Assembly (NCBI RefSeq): GCF_006345805.1
Contig: NC_042999.1
Coordinates: 129,456,001 to 129,520,000 of the forward strand
Direction: 5' to 3'
DNA from: Octopus sinensis
Lineage: Eukaryota
DNA length: 64,000 nt
Part shown: in pieces, positions 52,100 to 64,000 of the stretch
Position numbering within the stretch: position 1 is the first letter of the stretch
How the letters are laid out: each line of letters starts with the position of its first letter
Program-made: the position numbers and the translations under genes
Notes under the pieces: model-generated
What the model was told of the DNA's origin: nothing
The model's database searches: none
What the model saw: the letters and a program-made list of their open reading frames with translations, nothing else

Positions 52100-53300
52100 C
52101 TGCTAAAACGAATTTCCTTTCATGGGGGCAGCAACAAAATATCTGACTTTTGATTTCAAGAAGGTACCCGGATCAAGTGAATGTTTTTAGATTCTCCTCT
52201 CAGCCAAGCAAAGCCTGCAACATCTACTTCCGGCTGTTTCCAAATGATTTTGTACGGCATTTCTTCCTCTTTTAATCGCCAAACATAGTTGCGCTTCATT
52301 TAGATTCTAAAAGAGGATCTGTAATTATTTAACCTGGTCTTAAAGAGACCATCCGTTGCCCCATCATATTTTTGTATGTGTTCCTCTGATGTTGTTGTTG
52401 GACAATACTACCTCTGTTTCGTATACCACGACCTCTGTGTTGCACTGACCATTCACTGGGAACGCACTGTTAATCTACGCGAGCATCTTGCCATTGCGCA
52501 GGCTTTAGGGCGTTCACTATTTTTTTATACTAGATGCACAACTAAGCGAGAACCTTAAGTTATGCCTATTGAATTTCTTATATTTATGGGACTGTGAGAA
52601 ATATTTATCTACTAATCTAAAGAAGGACCTTCCCATGCAGATATGCTTTTGTTCTCACTTATGGACAAGAAACCAATAATTTTCACGCTCCATTTGTCGC
52701 AGATTAAAGCAATAATAACATCACTCTAGAAAAGCTTCTATTTTGTAATTTAGTTAGAAATTTACTACTCCCGCGAATTTACTTACTATATAATTGTGTA
52801 TCAAAACTAGGATTAAATTGTCTTATTAATCATTAAAACCAGGTCAAATCACAAGGTCTATAAGAGTATTAATAACCTCAAACAGTAAAGCCCTTCTATA
52901 TGTTATTTATCCGCACCTTTTTACTTACGCTGCAAACACGCTATGCTCTAATCTACTAGGTGTGTAGCTATCGGTGTTAGGCAGAGTAATTGTTTTAAAA
53001 ATGAATTCGCTTGTCATATTGTACACATTAATAACTAAAGATTTATCACAAATCTCAAACGAAACGTCCAGATAATTAATCTTAATATCTTTACCATTTC
53101 TGCTATCCTTCAAATAAATGTATCTAGATAAACTTAATTTGGTTATTTTCTGTAGATCACTTAGAAATCTAGACTCACATCAAGATAAGAATAAGTTGTT
53201 TAGCAATTATCTACATGAAAATGCCTCTAACTTGTCAAGATATTTCATTCCCAATCGAAATATTACGCTTTATTTAAAACAAACTTAGCTCTTGTTTGTA
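52100..53300 (-). mobile_element. Decayed Penelope-like element (RT C-terminal part plus GIY-YIG endonuclease)
   Basis: Minus frames: QVRGIFM, SRYI, INYLDVSF...; GRSFFRLVDKYFSQSHKYKKFNR; PVNGQC...VVVY...YDGATDGLFKTRLNNYRSSF (GIY-YIG-like); YVWRLKE...YKIIW...CRLCLAE. Confidence 0.8.
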
Positions 53301-53519
53301 CTACAGTATTTCTCGATTGAAATATAGACCTACTAGAACCTGGTCCTAGTAGGTCTATATTTTGCCCAAATTTTTCTTTTAATTGCCTATAGTTTTCTGT
53401 GTCAATAACAACACGTTTCATGTCTTCTGGGTAGTCCTTTTCTGGTATATTTACTTTTATTTTATTTAACTTTTTCTCAATGGCCGAGTCTTTATAGAGA
53501 TCATAAAATATATCTTGTT

Positions 53520-54735
53520 TCTATGCTCGGCCAGAGAGGTATGTCAGGTGTGTCTGTGTATCTATTTGTGTGTCTGCATACCTATTGGGAGAAGCTGGGT
53601 TGTTTGCGGTGATGGGATTTTTCTGGGATCTCTGCAGAGGTGAGGTGGATGTGCTATCTGTCTGTTTTTTCTGCGTGTTTAGTAATGTGTATTGTCCAAT
53701 ATCCTCCTCCTGTTTTTTCTTTGTCTTTTTTGGATATGAGTTTTTTGGCTCCTTCCTCTTCTTGCTTGGAACTTTCTGGTATTCTTCAACTGTATGTATT
53801 ATTTCTGTGTTTTTAACGTCGTCATTCTTCTCGTCTTGGTTTTCCTCCTCTGGCATTTGGTTATTGATTTGGGGACAATTTGCTTTTATATGTCTCCTCC
53901 CCTTACAGTGTTAGCAGGTGGGAGGTCTCACCTCTACCATCACTCGTAGCTTTACATCTTCCTCACATATCTCTTCCAGATCTAGTTGGGTGGCCTGGAT
54001 TGTAACTGCCAAACCATAGCCCCATTAGTTCATTTGCTTTGTCCTTGTTCCCGTCAATATTGCAGCTATGAATCACATTTCAGCTATCTCAGGAAGCACT
54101 CTGCCAATCCTCACTCTCGCAAAACACTTGCCGAGATAGGTTGGTAGGAGCACCCCTTCCTCCGTCTTCGATGCCTCTATCGTGGTAAAACGCACTTTTA
54201 CTGTGCCGAAACGTCTTCCTCTACTGTAGAATACAATGTTGTCATTGATTCTTTGGAAGCAACTTTCTATTGCCTCCTCACTCACCATCTGAATTTTCCT
54301 GCTTTTCAAGGTTATGGTTCTGTATATCAACATTTTTTTGTTTTTTCAACATGGTAACAACTTCAGTGGGGATCAATTTCAACCTTCATCCTTTCCTCTG
54401 TATCAACTGTCTGCTTTCTTCCAATTCTTACTCATCCACCACCACCTCCTCAATTTCGAGGTGGCTGCATTCTTTTCATGGCTGGCTACGGAAGCGTAGC
54501 TCCAGGCTCGAGCAGGCTCGGGCGTCTGGACCACTTCCATAGTTTTACTCATTTTCGCCCCTAAATGGGGAAAAGACAACAAACAAAATCACAGCCCGCA
54601 GGCAAAACAGTTACAACTTTCAAGAAAATCAACAGTAGGCACTAAGCCTTTAACAATTAATTTAACAAGCGTACTCAACTGAAAAAGCCGTAGCGTATGA
54701 ACGCGGAAACTAAAATTAGTCGTTCACTCAGAGTC
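53520..54735 (-). mobile_element. 5' part of an L1/Tx1-like LINE (5' UTR and frameshifted ORF1)
   Basis: ATG at 54552 with MSKT...SYASVAS start; RGRRFGTVKVRF...LLPTYLGK...RIGRVLPEI segment resembling RRM-type ORF1; lysine-rich linker. Confidence 0.55.
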
Positions 54736-55039
54736 ATGATCTCTGCAACAGATTAGAAAATTTGCCCATGACGATTCATAGAATGAATATTTTAAATATC
54801 TGCTGTAAATTGTGCAAGATATGATTGATATCGAACATTTTTCATCCCACAAGCATTGAATATGAAGGATTTGTGAAATATTTATGATTATAAGAGTTTT
54901 AAAATAAATTTAAATAGTTTAAAGTTTAGTTTTTTTGTTTATTTTCGTTATTCTCGTGCTAAGATACTATTTCATATGTTCGTTTAAACTTATAGGTGTC
55001 CAATTTTTAAATATTTAAGACCTAAATTGGCTTTGATAT

Positions 55040-55121
55040 CAAAGGGACGACTTTACTCAAGAAAAGGACGAATTCATTTGAGAAAAGGGCGAATTCGTTT
55101 GAGAAGGGTACAAATTCAATC
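55040..55121. repeat. Degenerate 21-bp tandem repeat (about 4 units), probably transposon subterminal
   Basis: gaaaaggacgaattcatttga / gaaaagggcgaattcgtttga and two looser units. Confidence 0.7.
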
Positions 55122-56313
55122 GGGAAATACAGTCGTAAACCCATTGTATCTTATATTGACATAAAACTCTTTGTATTTTTAATCGAAACATACTTAGGCT
55201 TGTCTCGACTCATTAGCTTTATCAATCAATATTGTCTTTCTTCTATCGGTTCTAAATTTAAATTGGTATAGAGGGTAGAAAAATGCACATACATCCCCCA
55301 AATTACCTTCCTAAGTTGTTCCAAAAATTCCATACTAGTTCCATTAGCGTAGCTAAAGTGCGTGCCGCTCGGGGCGGCCCTTCCATTTTCCGCCCCCGGA
55401 CCCCACAAAAGACACATATTACCTACAGAAATAGCCTACAACAGGATGAAAAGTGCTACCCCATTAAAAGTACCGCCCGGGGAGGATTCTTTCCCCTAAC
55501 TACACTAGCGACTAGTCCTAAAGCTTCATAATTTTTGGTAAAGGACTTTACAATATTTCACAAATACTGCTTTAACCGCACATCTTCATGAACTAAAATC
55601 ACTATTTGTCAATTTGTACTTTTCTTTGCTTCAGCAATAAATCTACTTTTATAAGGCATCTTGTGTAACTTGGGAATCATAAATGTTTAGGAATACAATT
55701 ATTTTTTTCCACACAGCTGCCATTCAACTCTCCAATTTTAAATTTGAATTCCTCTACAATTGCTTCAATTTCTGTAACATTCATTTATAACATTACTTCA
55801 GAAATTATAATTTATTGGTTCTCCTAATGTGATGGCCAAAACCATCACATAATATTTCTTACCTACACTTACAAAATTACCTGCCTGTATTATAACATTT
55901 TTTATTCAACTCATTTAGGTATTGTCTAACTATTTCAAACATTTTTTTTTTACAAATGACCGATTTTTTTACAACAGTTAGATCGAACTTCCTATTTCTC
56001 CCCGTCTTTATTCCTCAAAAAATTTCCGCTGAAATATATACATATATATATCGAGCGACTTTTAAGCTAGCTCATGTGGAGGGCTCTTCATTGGGCCTTG
56101 GGCCCAACAATGACATTTCATGCATATTAAATTTTACTAAACTTTACCAATATTTTTCAAGCAATGAACAATTTACATCAAAACAATGATATAATTTGTC
56201 GACTTGGAACTTATTGCAAAGCTGCATGATAAACATTTTTTGTCTTCCCATTCAGGGGTCAGTACAATTTTTTATTCTGTCAAACCTCTTTCTTTCTCTC
56301 TCTCTTTTTCACT

Positions 56314-56530
56314 AACGACGCTCCAGAAATTGAGGGAACTTGCTACGAAGTTCTTCCCCACCCAGTTTATTCCCCAGACCTTTCTCCTACCGACTACTAC
56401 TTTTTCAAGCATCTCGATGGTTTCCTGTGAGAGAAAGAGTTCAAAAATCAAACTGATGCTGAAAGTGCGTTCAAAGAGTTCATCAACTCCAGAACTCCAG
56501 ATTTTCATGGTACCGGAATAAACAAACTTT
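56314..56530 (+). mobile_element. Mariner transposase C-terminal fragment
   Basis: YEVLPHPVYSPDLSPTDYYFFKHLD...FKEFINSRTPDF (YSPDL motif). Confidence 0.88.
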
Positions 56531-56614
56531 TATATAAAAAAAAGATATATAATAACAGATAATAACTTCATTTATCAAAAAGTGCTATAAACCTTCTTTT
56601 CTATAATGTTATTC

Positions 56615-56830
56615 AATAAAACTACCTTCAGCTTCACCAACTGCTTCTATATGGGATCTAAATTATCTACATACTGGAACCAAGTGGTCCTGGTTCATTC
56701 TGACTATGGCAGCTTTCAAATAATCTTTGGTGTTATGGGCGTGTTCATTGGCCTCTCTCTCAACAACGTTCCACATGGAATTGAGATTGGGGAATTAGGA
56801 GGCCAAATGCTGATCACATGTGTGATATCT
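56615..56830 (-). mobile_element. Tc1/mariner (maT/DD37D-like) transposase C-terminal fragment
   Basis: WPPNSP...WNVVEREAN...HNTKDYLKAAI...FRSHIEAV.EAEGSFIE*. Confidence 0.7.
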
Positions 56831-56994
56831 TCCTCAGAAATGTAACATAATCAACATTTTCTAAATATTTTGCAGATATTTTGTAAAAATCTCCTGCTCC
56901 GAATTGCAGACGCATAGCCCTCGAAGTGTGATGTGATGTAGAAGTCGCGAGTCCAAGAAAGGCTGTATTTCATGTCGATATTACTGTCATCTTT

Positions 56995-57169
56995 TAGCGG
57001 CATTTCGTCTGCCGCTACGTTCTGAGTTCAAATTCTGCCGAGGTCGACTTTGCCTTTCATCCTTTCGGGGTCGATAAATTAAGTACCAGTTGCGCACTGG
57101 GTTCAATGTAATCGATTAGTCCTCTCCCACCAAATTTCAGGCCTAGTGCCTTTAGTAGAAAGTATATTA
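56995..57169 (+). mobile_element. 5'-truncated SINE family A copy inserted in the R4/Dong element
   Basis: 9-bp TSD GTCATCTTT at 56986-56994 and 57170-57178. Confidence 0.92.
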
Positions 57170-57196
57170 GTCATCTTTAAGTTTTTATGAAACATA

Positions 57197-58456
57197 CAGG
57201 GGTAGGCCGAAATGTTCATAAGTTGACTATGAAGTAATGATGTTAGACCTGTGAAATTTTGCATGCATTAATTCCAATCTTTCTTATTAATACCTGCGTT
57301 GTTTCGTTCCAGGTAGACTGACATCTGACTATTCAAAGAAGGCTTCGAAAGTAACTAGTAGCGACTTCTCTTGAAAAATGAACAAAATTTGGCATCGTGG
57401 TGTTCTCAAGTATCTGCAGGAAAAGGGTTTAGCCACACATAACATTCGTGCTTGCTACTTTAGGGGACGACGCTCCAGCTTTATTAACAGTGCAAAAGTG
57501 GGCAGCTGAATCTAACAGGGGAACGGGAGAGTCTTGAAGATAACCCAATGCCTGGACGTTCTGCAACTGCCACCACCGAGGAAAATATTGATCGTGTTCG
57601 CCACATGCTGATGGATGACAAGCGATTGACTATAAATCAAATAACCAATGCTATTAGCATATCCCGTGAGTGGGTTGAGAATATTCTGTACAATGAACTT
57701 GGCATGGTGAAGGTTTCTGTTCGGTGGGTGCTACGTATTCTGACATCTGATCAAAAGTGTACCAGTCTGATCATATTATGGGAAAATCTGACAGTGTTTG
57801 AGGCAAATCCAGCTGGTTTCCTTGAACGTTTCCTAACCCAGGACGAGTGTTGGCTTCATCACTTTAAGCCAGAGACAAAGACACAATCCATGCCGTGGAA
57901 ACGCTCCACTCTTCCTCACTTGTTCCAAAGAAAGCCAGGGTCTTTTCATCTTCAGGGAAGATGACCTCAGTTTTTTTTTATGTAAAAGGCGTTATATTTA
58001 TTGGCTATCTTCAAAAGGACACGCCATCAATAAAGAGTACTCTGCCAACTTGCTGAGGAAGTTACGAAAGGCTATCAAAACCAAACGCCCAGAAAAACTA
58101 ACGAAAGGGGTCTTGTTTCATCAGGACAATGCTCCAGCACACAATTTCTTGGTTTCAATGGCTACTGTGCATGACTATAGCATTGAAGTGGTTCATTACC
58201 CTCTCTATTTTACTGATTTGGCTACGTCTGACTATCATCTATTCCACAACGTGAAAAAACACTTGGTTGGGAACCAGTATCACAGGGATGATGACGTTAC
58301 ATCTGCTGTTGCTACCATTTACTTTAAAAGTTTGAACAGTCTTTGAACGAAACAATGCACTTTTTATAAGGAGAGTTGAAATTAATGCATGCTATATTTC
58401 ACAGCCCTACTATCACTGCTTCGTAGTCAGCCAATGAACTTTTCAACCCACACTCG
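57197..58456 (+). mobile_element. Mariner with nearly complete decayed transposase and an inverted 5' end replacing the 3' end
   Basis: TA at 57195-57196 and 58457-58458; PGRS, VSVRWVLR, FLTQDECW, HQDNAPAH, YPLYFTDLATSDY motifs; 58330-58456 is an inverted copy of about 57197-57330. Confidence 0.88.
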
Positions 58457-61299
58457 TACCCTTGCATAGTCTTTGGTATGCTGAGCAATTTCACATCTAG
58501 GTATTCTTTTAGACATGTTTGTCCAGCTGTTTCGGGGTTGTATGGGACAACGTCAGAAAACGTGTATTTCCTGAAAAGCTCACTGAGGACTCGTAGGATG
58601 TTATTCTCTTCGCTTTTCAGCACTAGATTTATATATTTTGCTGCTGATGTTTAGCAAGTGCTGAGAGACACTATACAACATTCAAAAACTGCCTACACTA
58701 ATGCCAAGCCTCTATTTTCTTCTTCACTTCTGAATCTGTGGAATATTCCACTTAATGACAGGATCTTGAGGGTTTTAATGTCTATAGAATGGACTTTCTC
58801 TGCAAACTAGTCAAGTATCTCAAATGTTGGTATCAGAACTGATATAGCAAATGCATCGTAAGATATTGTCTTGCTGTAAGGGCACTCCGACTGTCATATT
58901 TTTCTAAGTCTGGTATAATATTTTTTGGTCACTCCATCTTTGTTGGAGTGACCCGAGAATGTATCATGCCTTAGTAGGATATATTTTCATCAATACCTAG
59001 ATATTTATAGCATTCTTTGTGGAACAGAAGAGATAGTGAAACCGTTGATGCAGAAGTTCTGCGTTTGGGGGAGATTTTCACGTTCAACAATCAGATACGA
59101 ACATTTCTTTTAGCCAAATTCCATTCCTGTATCTACTGAAAATGCTGTTATTCCAGCTGCATTTTGGCATTGTAGACATTTGAGATTATCCACAAAAACA
59201 GGTACCGGTTGCATTGGTATCTATAGCAGTTGCAGATCCTGGCATGTAGTTATTGAGTTTTTGTAAAAGAAACGACAATAAAAATAAACAAAACTACAAA
59301 AAGACTATCTCCTTGAAATATTTATGACATCAGAGACAGTCGTTCTGCTCTTACTTCAAGTGTGAGGATTGTTGCCCAGGTCTTTGTAATTCTCTCAGTG
59401 GCAGCAGTTATCTTCCCCGAATGCAGAAACATTAGCAACCAAGAGTCGATTGCTTTTCTACAATCAAACCATACTGTTACAATGCTTCTGCAGCGTTTTC
59501 TTACTTCGAACAGCACAATTTTATCAAACGTTGTTCGGCACATCGCCACATCTTTCTACTTGCGTATATTGTTGGACTCACAATGATCCTGGAAGTTGAG
59601 GCAGCTTATGTAAAGCTTGTGCATAAAAGCTTAGGCAAGCAATGTGCTTAAAGTTTTCTGCCAACTCGATGGTTTCATTCTAGGCTACAAGATTCGTCCA
59701 TGCTATGGCAAACCAATTTGGATGTCGATGTGGCCTTCTGTGGTAGAAATTCAGCAATTAAGTCTCTTCCAGGTGCCTTCCCATAATGTGGTTTGCCTAC
59801 AGCTCTAGTGAATGTTTCGACCTCGATAGTGTATGCTTTGCTGTCGATGTATCCTTTCTAGATAGAATCTTTCCTAACTGTATGCATTCTAGATAGAATC
59901 TCTCTTTTCGTTCCAGATCTTAGATCAGAATGATTCAAAATCTTCCTGAGAAGGGGCTTTCTTAACACTAATTCTGTTCTTCCTTATTTTCCAGTATGAT
60001 TCTTGTGGATAGGAAGCAAGCTTGTTATTTATACTAACTTGAAAAATTTTCTCCGTTAACGAAGCTTTTCACTCAGCGTCCTGAGTTCGTGCTTCAAAGT
60101 AATTAGCTCGTACTTTAAAGTAATTCCTTAAGTTGTTGGCGTGAAGATCCACAATAGAGTTTTGTTATTTTTTTTTTCATAACATGTAATTGGCGATGTA
60201 TGAACTCATTACTCTCTTTGCATTATATTATCGTGGTTAACCATTCAATATGGTGGTGCAGATTGTTGATGTTTTCTTCAAGTTTTGCTTTCCATTTGGG
60301 TTGCTTTCGTTCAGTTATTTTATTAGCACATGCACTTCAGATTTCTCTTACGTGTTCTTTAAGAGTGATAGCAGCTGTGAAGGTTTTAATTGTCCGTTCT
60401 CCAGCAACATCACCGATAACTTTTAACAATGTAATCAGTTAATTTTTTCTTTAAATCGTAAAGAACAGCCTGTCACTCAACAAGGAAGTGTTTTTACGAA
60501 CTGTTATTTCAAAATGTGTATAAATAAAAACGCGCGCACACACTTGCCATTCTATTTTAATTTCTAGTTGAAACCATTTCATTTCATTCGTACAATTTTG
60601 AGGAAAGATATGAATGATATCACACAAGAATAAATTTCTGTATCTGTGGTAACATGCATTCTCGCTGCTGGCAAACAGAAACATTAACAAGTTATCATCC
60701 ATTTAGTTATTCCACTAATTCTACACACAAAAGACCTGTTTTACTTTTTTTTTTATTCTCTAGACTTCATTTCGATAATCAGTTTGGTTACTACAAATCT
60801 TGAAACAATTCAATAATCTCGTGTTATTTTAACAATTCGTTCTGGCTGTAAATGGAGACAGAATACAACACTAATGACTACATACAAACACGAGTTTTTT
60901 TTTCCTACTGAGATCCAACTTAGTCAAAGTGATTTCACATCATGGTGCTGAGACAGTCTTCGTTGAAATTAAAATTTCATCTGTTCCCACTTCTACTCAG
61001 TTGCTTCACATATGAGAGAGGCAGAAGGATTAATACTAGAACAAGACAAGAAAAGAACTCGTCTTCCAGCAGATGTAGCAAATCTTTAAGAGTCATCAGT
61101 GCAAATCAACCCTTCATGAATTAACGAGGGAATCTCTACGCGGTCGATGGAGTGGCTAGAAAAAAAAACAGCCAAATCTCCCTCAAAGCCTTCTCATTTT
61201 AAATAAAGGAGCGTATAAGACAGTGTAACCACTAACATACAAAAAGACGGGATAGGTATGGTTTGAATGCCTCTGATGAAAGGTCAGCACAAACAAGTC

Positions 61300-61780
61300 T
61301 AACAGTGAACTAATAGCGATGGCGGTTGCTGTCGGGACTACTAACGGAAACAACCGAATGTATATTGCTATTTAGTTACCTACACACAACTAAATATACG
61401 TGCTTGATATACACTGTCTATATTTACATTCATACACGTGGTTGGTAGTATGTTTACGTAATATAAATATTTTAAGTACACAGCCTGTATTTATATATAA
61501 TTTGTAGAAAAGATAATCATAATTCATAAGAAAGAAAAAAAAATTTCTGCGGCCGCTATTTGCTTACTTGCTGTATTTGCACACCGATTTTCAACCAAGA
61601 ACTAAATAGCCTTTAACGATAATACAGAGCGTCATATCGATTGCCGATATACTACTGCCGCTATCAAAAAGAAAATGTCCAGTTTCAGTATACATCGAAA
61701 GTAATTTGTTTTAGCAACGTTGAATCTTAGTTGAATGAGAGACATTATCAAAATATAGTTTGTTACCCTTCGCATTATGC
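61300..61780 (+). promoter_or_regulatory. CpG-retaining putative promoter / first exon of a host gene
   Basis: About 19 CpG in 61301-61780 vs about 7 in 61801-64000 (hand count); candidate aaaATG 61675 and donor AAA|GTAATT at 61700/61701. Confidence 0.45.
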
Positions 61781-62770
61781 AGCATTTTTTTCCTTTCTTT
61801 CTTTCTTTTTTTTTTTTTTTCGTTTTAGATACAACTGAAACAAGACATTTTCTTTTACTTTTTCAAAAAATTCATGCATAAGCTATACTCTTAATATAGG
61901 AGAAAAAAAACTCAGCACCCAAACAAAATTCACCAGCAGCTGTATTTCAGTGCAAGAAATGCAAATAGCAGTCATGCATTAAAGTGCAGTGACATGCATT
62001 CAGTGCAAAAAAAAAATAATAATGATAATAAAAGGAGAAAAACCCAATATTTTCTTAATGAAGAAATGCCATCCACAGTTTACACCGGAATGTGAATTTA
62101 GCGCATTAAATCATCTTTCAAAAGCGTCATTAATATTGAGAATATATAAATGCTGTTAATACCTATGGCTTAAATCAATGCAAAAGTCTTTGGAAGGAAT
62201 AAATAAACCATGGTAGAATGGAAGAATGAAATAAATGAGGAGACACTAATTTTAAAACCAAAGAAACAGTTCATGACAACATTGGAATCCTTTATTATTC
62301 AATTATTTTATATATTTATATTTGTTTTGTTTTTGTAACCATATATAAGATAAAATAGGCAAAGCCTATAGTTAATTCTAAAAGATGGAATCAACAACAA
62401 TAACAATAATCTCAAATGATGTTTGTGTAGATAACACTATTGGGATGATAAGCCATAGGAAGCTGGAAGAATAATGTTCTTGGTTTTATATATTGTTTTT
62501 ATGTTTATACTATGAAAATGATTGCAAATATAGCTGGCTTGTTTTGTCATCCACACAGCAACTGAATTTTGTTTTGAGAATAGGATTACAAAATAATAAC
62601 TATTGACAACATACTTTTATTTATTTATTTTTTTCTTTGGTCAGTAAGTGTTATTTCCTATTTGCTTCTATCAGAAATCAAAGAAAATTTCTACTATTCT
62701 CTTCAAACTTTGCTTTTTGTGACTTGAACATCAATGTTTTGAAACTGACTTATTTTCCATTTCATTTCAG

Positions 62771-62813
62771 ATTCAGTGCTGAGTTGCTGAAGCAGAAATA
62801 TTGTTATAGCAAA
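62771..62813 (+). other. Candidate short exon
   Basis: Branch-like CTGAC 62745-62749, pyrimidine tract, CAG at 62768-62770; weak donor AAA|GTTTGT. Confidence 0.35.
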
Positions 62814-64000
62814 GTTTGTAGAACTCATCAAAAAAAAAAAAAAAATTAGAAAATGAATTCATTACTTAGCTTAGATGAAAGCTAATAAAAGGGGAGGAAA
62901 ATCAAATGTCACAACAAAAGTATCTTTGTATGAGACAGTTTTACATTTTTCTGCCTAGAAATATTCTAGAGTATACTATTAATAATTCATAATAATATGA
63001 TAACTTTCAGTGTCAAAGTGATCTTCAAACACACACACAAACACAAAAAGAAAAGAAAGATAAAAGTGTTTTCTTAAAACATGAAAGCATCAGTAAATGG
63101 AATGAGATTTCAAAAACTATGATTATGATAGCATTATCTATTTAATCCAAAGTGTATGAAATCAGTGTGTGTGTGTGTGTATGTGTGTATATATATATAT
63201 AATGTATGTATACGTACACACATCAATATAGATATCATTTACTTTCATAATAACAAACATGTAACTAAAAACTATGCCAGTGTTACTAAAGTTGTGAAAC
63301 AGCAAAAGTAACCAGCTTCCATATCACAGATCAAACATTATCAAACCAAATAATCTGTGATCTATAGCTTGTATTGTCTTTTTATATAAAAAGATTTGGT
63401 TTGGAGGATATTTTGGATCTTCAAAATCTTTTCTATTCTAATCCCACTTATGGCATAAACATATGCACACTTCAAGAGAATGATTAGCAGCTCATATAAG
63501 ATCAGGTTTGTGAGAACCACATGTAACTTTTATATTGTATGATACTAAGATCTTTTTGAAGCATTAATGCCATTAACGCCAACAACATGCAGTCAGTTCA
63601 TCCTTGCCTTCGCTACAAGAGAGCAATATTAAGCCTTCTTACTAAATTACAGATCTCATTCATATTCTTTATTTCTGTATATTAAACATTACATAAATCC
63701 CTTGTCTTGATAGATTCAGTTAAAAATATAGCTACTTATGACTGCTCACCATTGCTCACCTTTAAGGCATCCTTAAAATAGGTAAATTGAAACATGGACA
63801 CATTTTGTGTGATTTTTTTTAAACACAATATGTTTCTGTAAGTCTATTTCAAAATGAAGATTTTAGGCCAATGTAAATTAAAGTAGTTCTAAACCAGTAA
63901 TACATCTGTTGAGTTGAAAATGGTTGCAATACAGTCTTAAAATAAACTATCTGTCTAGAGAAATTATTTTCACAAAGAGAACTTAAGAAGAGCTATATTA

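Larger units (their letters stand above)
56860..60450 (-). mobile_element. Decayed R4/Dong-type non-LTR retrotransposon carrying two nested insertions
   Basis: PKWKAKLE, WKAPG, WFDCRKAIDS, FVDNLK (59179-59196), GMEFG.KKCS, FAISVLIPTFEILD, IDIKT, ITSHFEGY..AI.EQEI.TKYL motifs collinear on the minus strand. Confidence 0.85.

Noticed and set aside
63760-63771. 12-nt minus-strand microexon candidate (TTTTAAG|GATGCCTTAAAG|GTGAGC)
   Set aside because: Such a pairing is expected by chance in 64 kb, and it is antisense to the better-supported + strand candidate gene

Overview
AT-rich, microsatellite-dense eukaryotic genomic DNA, most likely from an octopus (inferred from the resemblance of the dominant tRNA-derived SINEs to octopus repeats as I recall them; not database-verified). 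About 61 kb of the window is a transposable-element graveyard with no recognisable host protein-coding exon. It holds roughly 30 copies or fragments of one tRNA-derived SINE, a second CORE-like SINE, four mariner/Tc1-type remnants, a Tigger/pogo remnant, a hAT-type transposase element, hAT and Mutator MITEs with target-site duplications, a non-autonomous Helitron, an internally deleted Gypsy element, a TRIM-like mini LTR element, and R4/Dong, RTE, L2/CR1, Tx1-like and Penelope-like retroelement remnants. A U6 snRNA fragment is also present. Most ORFs in the supplied track are microsatellite or chance artefacts. Highlights: (1) a near-intact minimal type I hammerhead ribozyme at 50801-50843 plus several decayed hammerhead-like cores; (2) two mariner derivatives carrying a left (5') end at both termini, one demonstrably inserted as a unit because removing it and a SINE restores a contiguous R4/Dong reading frame; (3) a gag-retaining, pol-deleted Gypsy next to a TRIM-like element with a near-identical primer-binding site; (4) a sharp CpG-rich to CpG-depleted switch near 61.8 kb with splice signals, suggesting that a host gene starts at the right edge. 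All protein assignments are by-eye motif recognition and boundaries are approximate unless a TSD or TIR is quoted.
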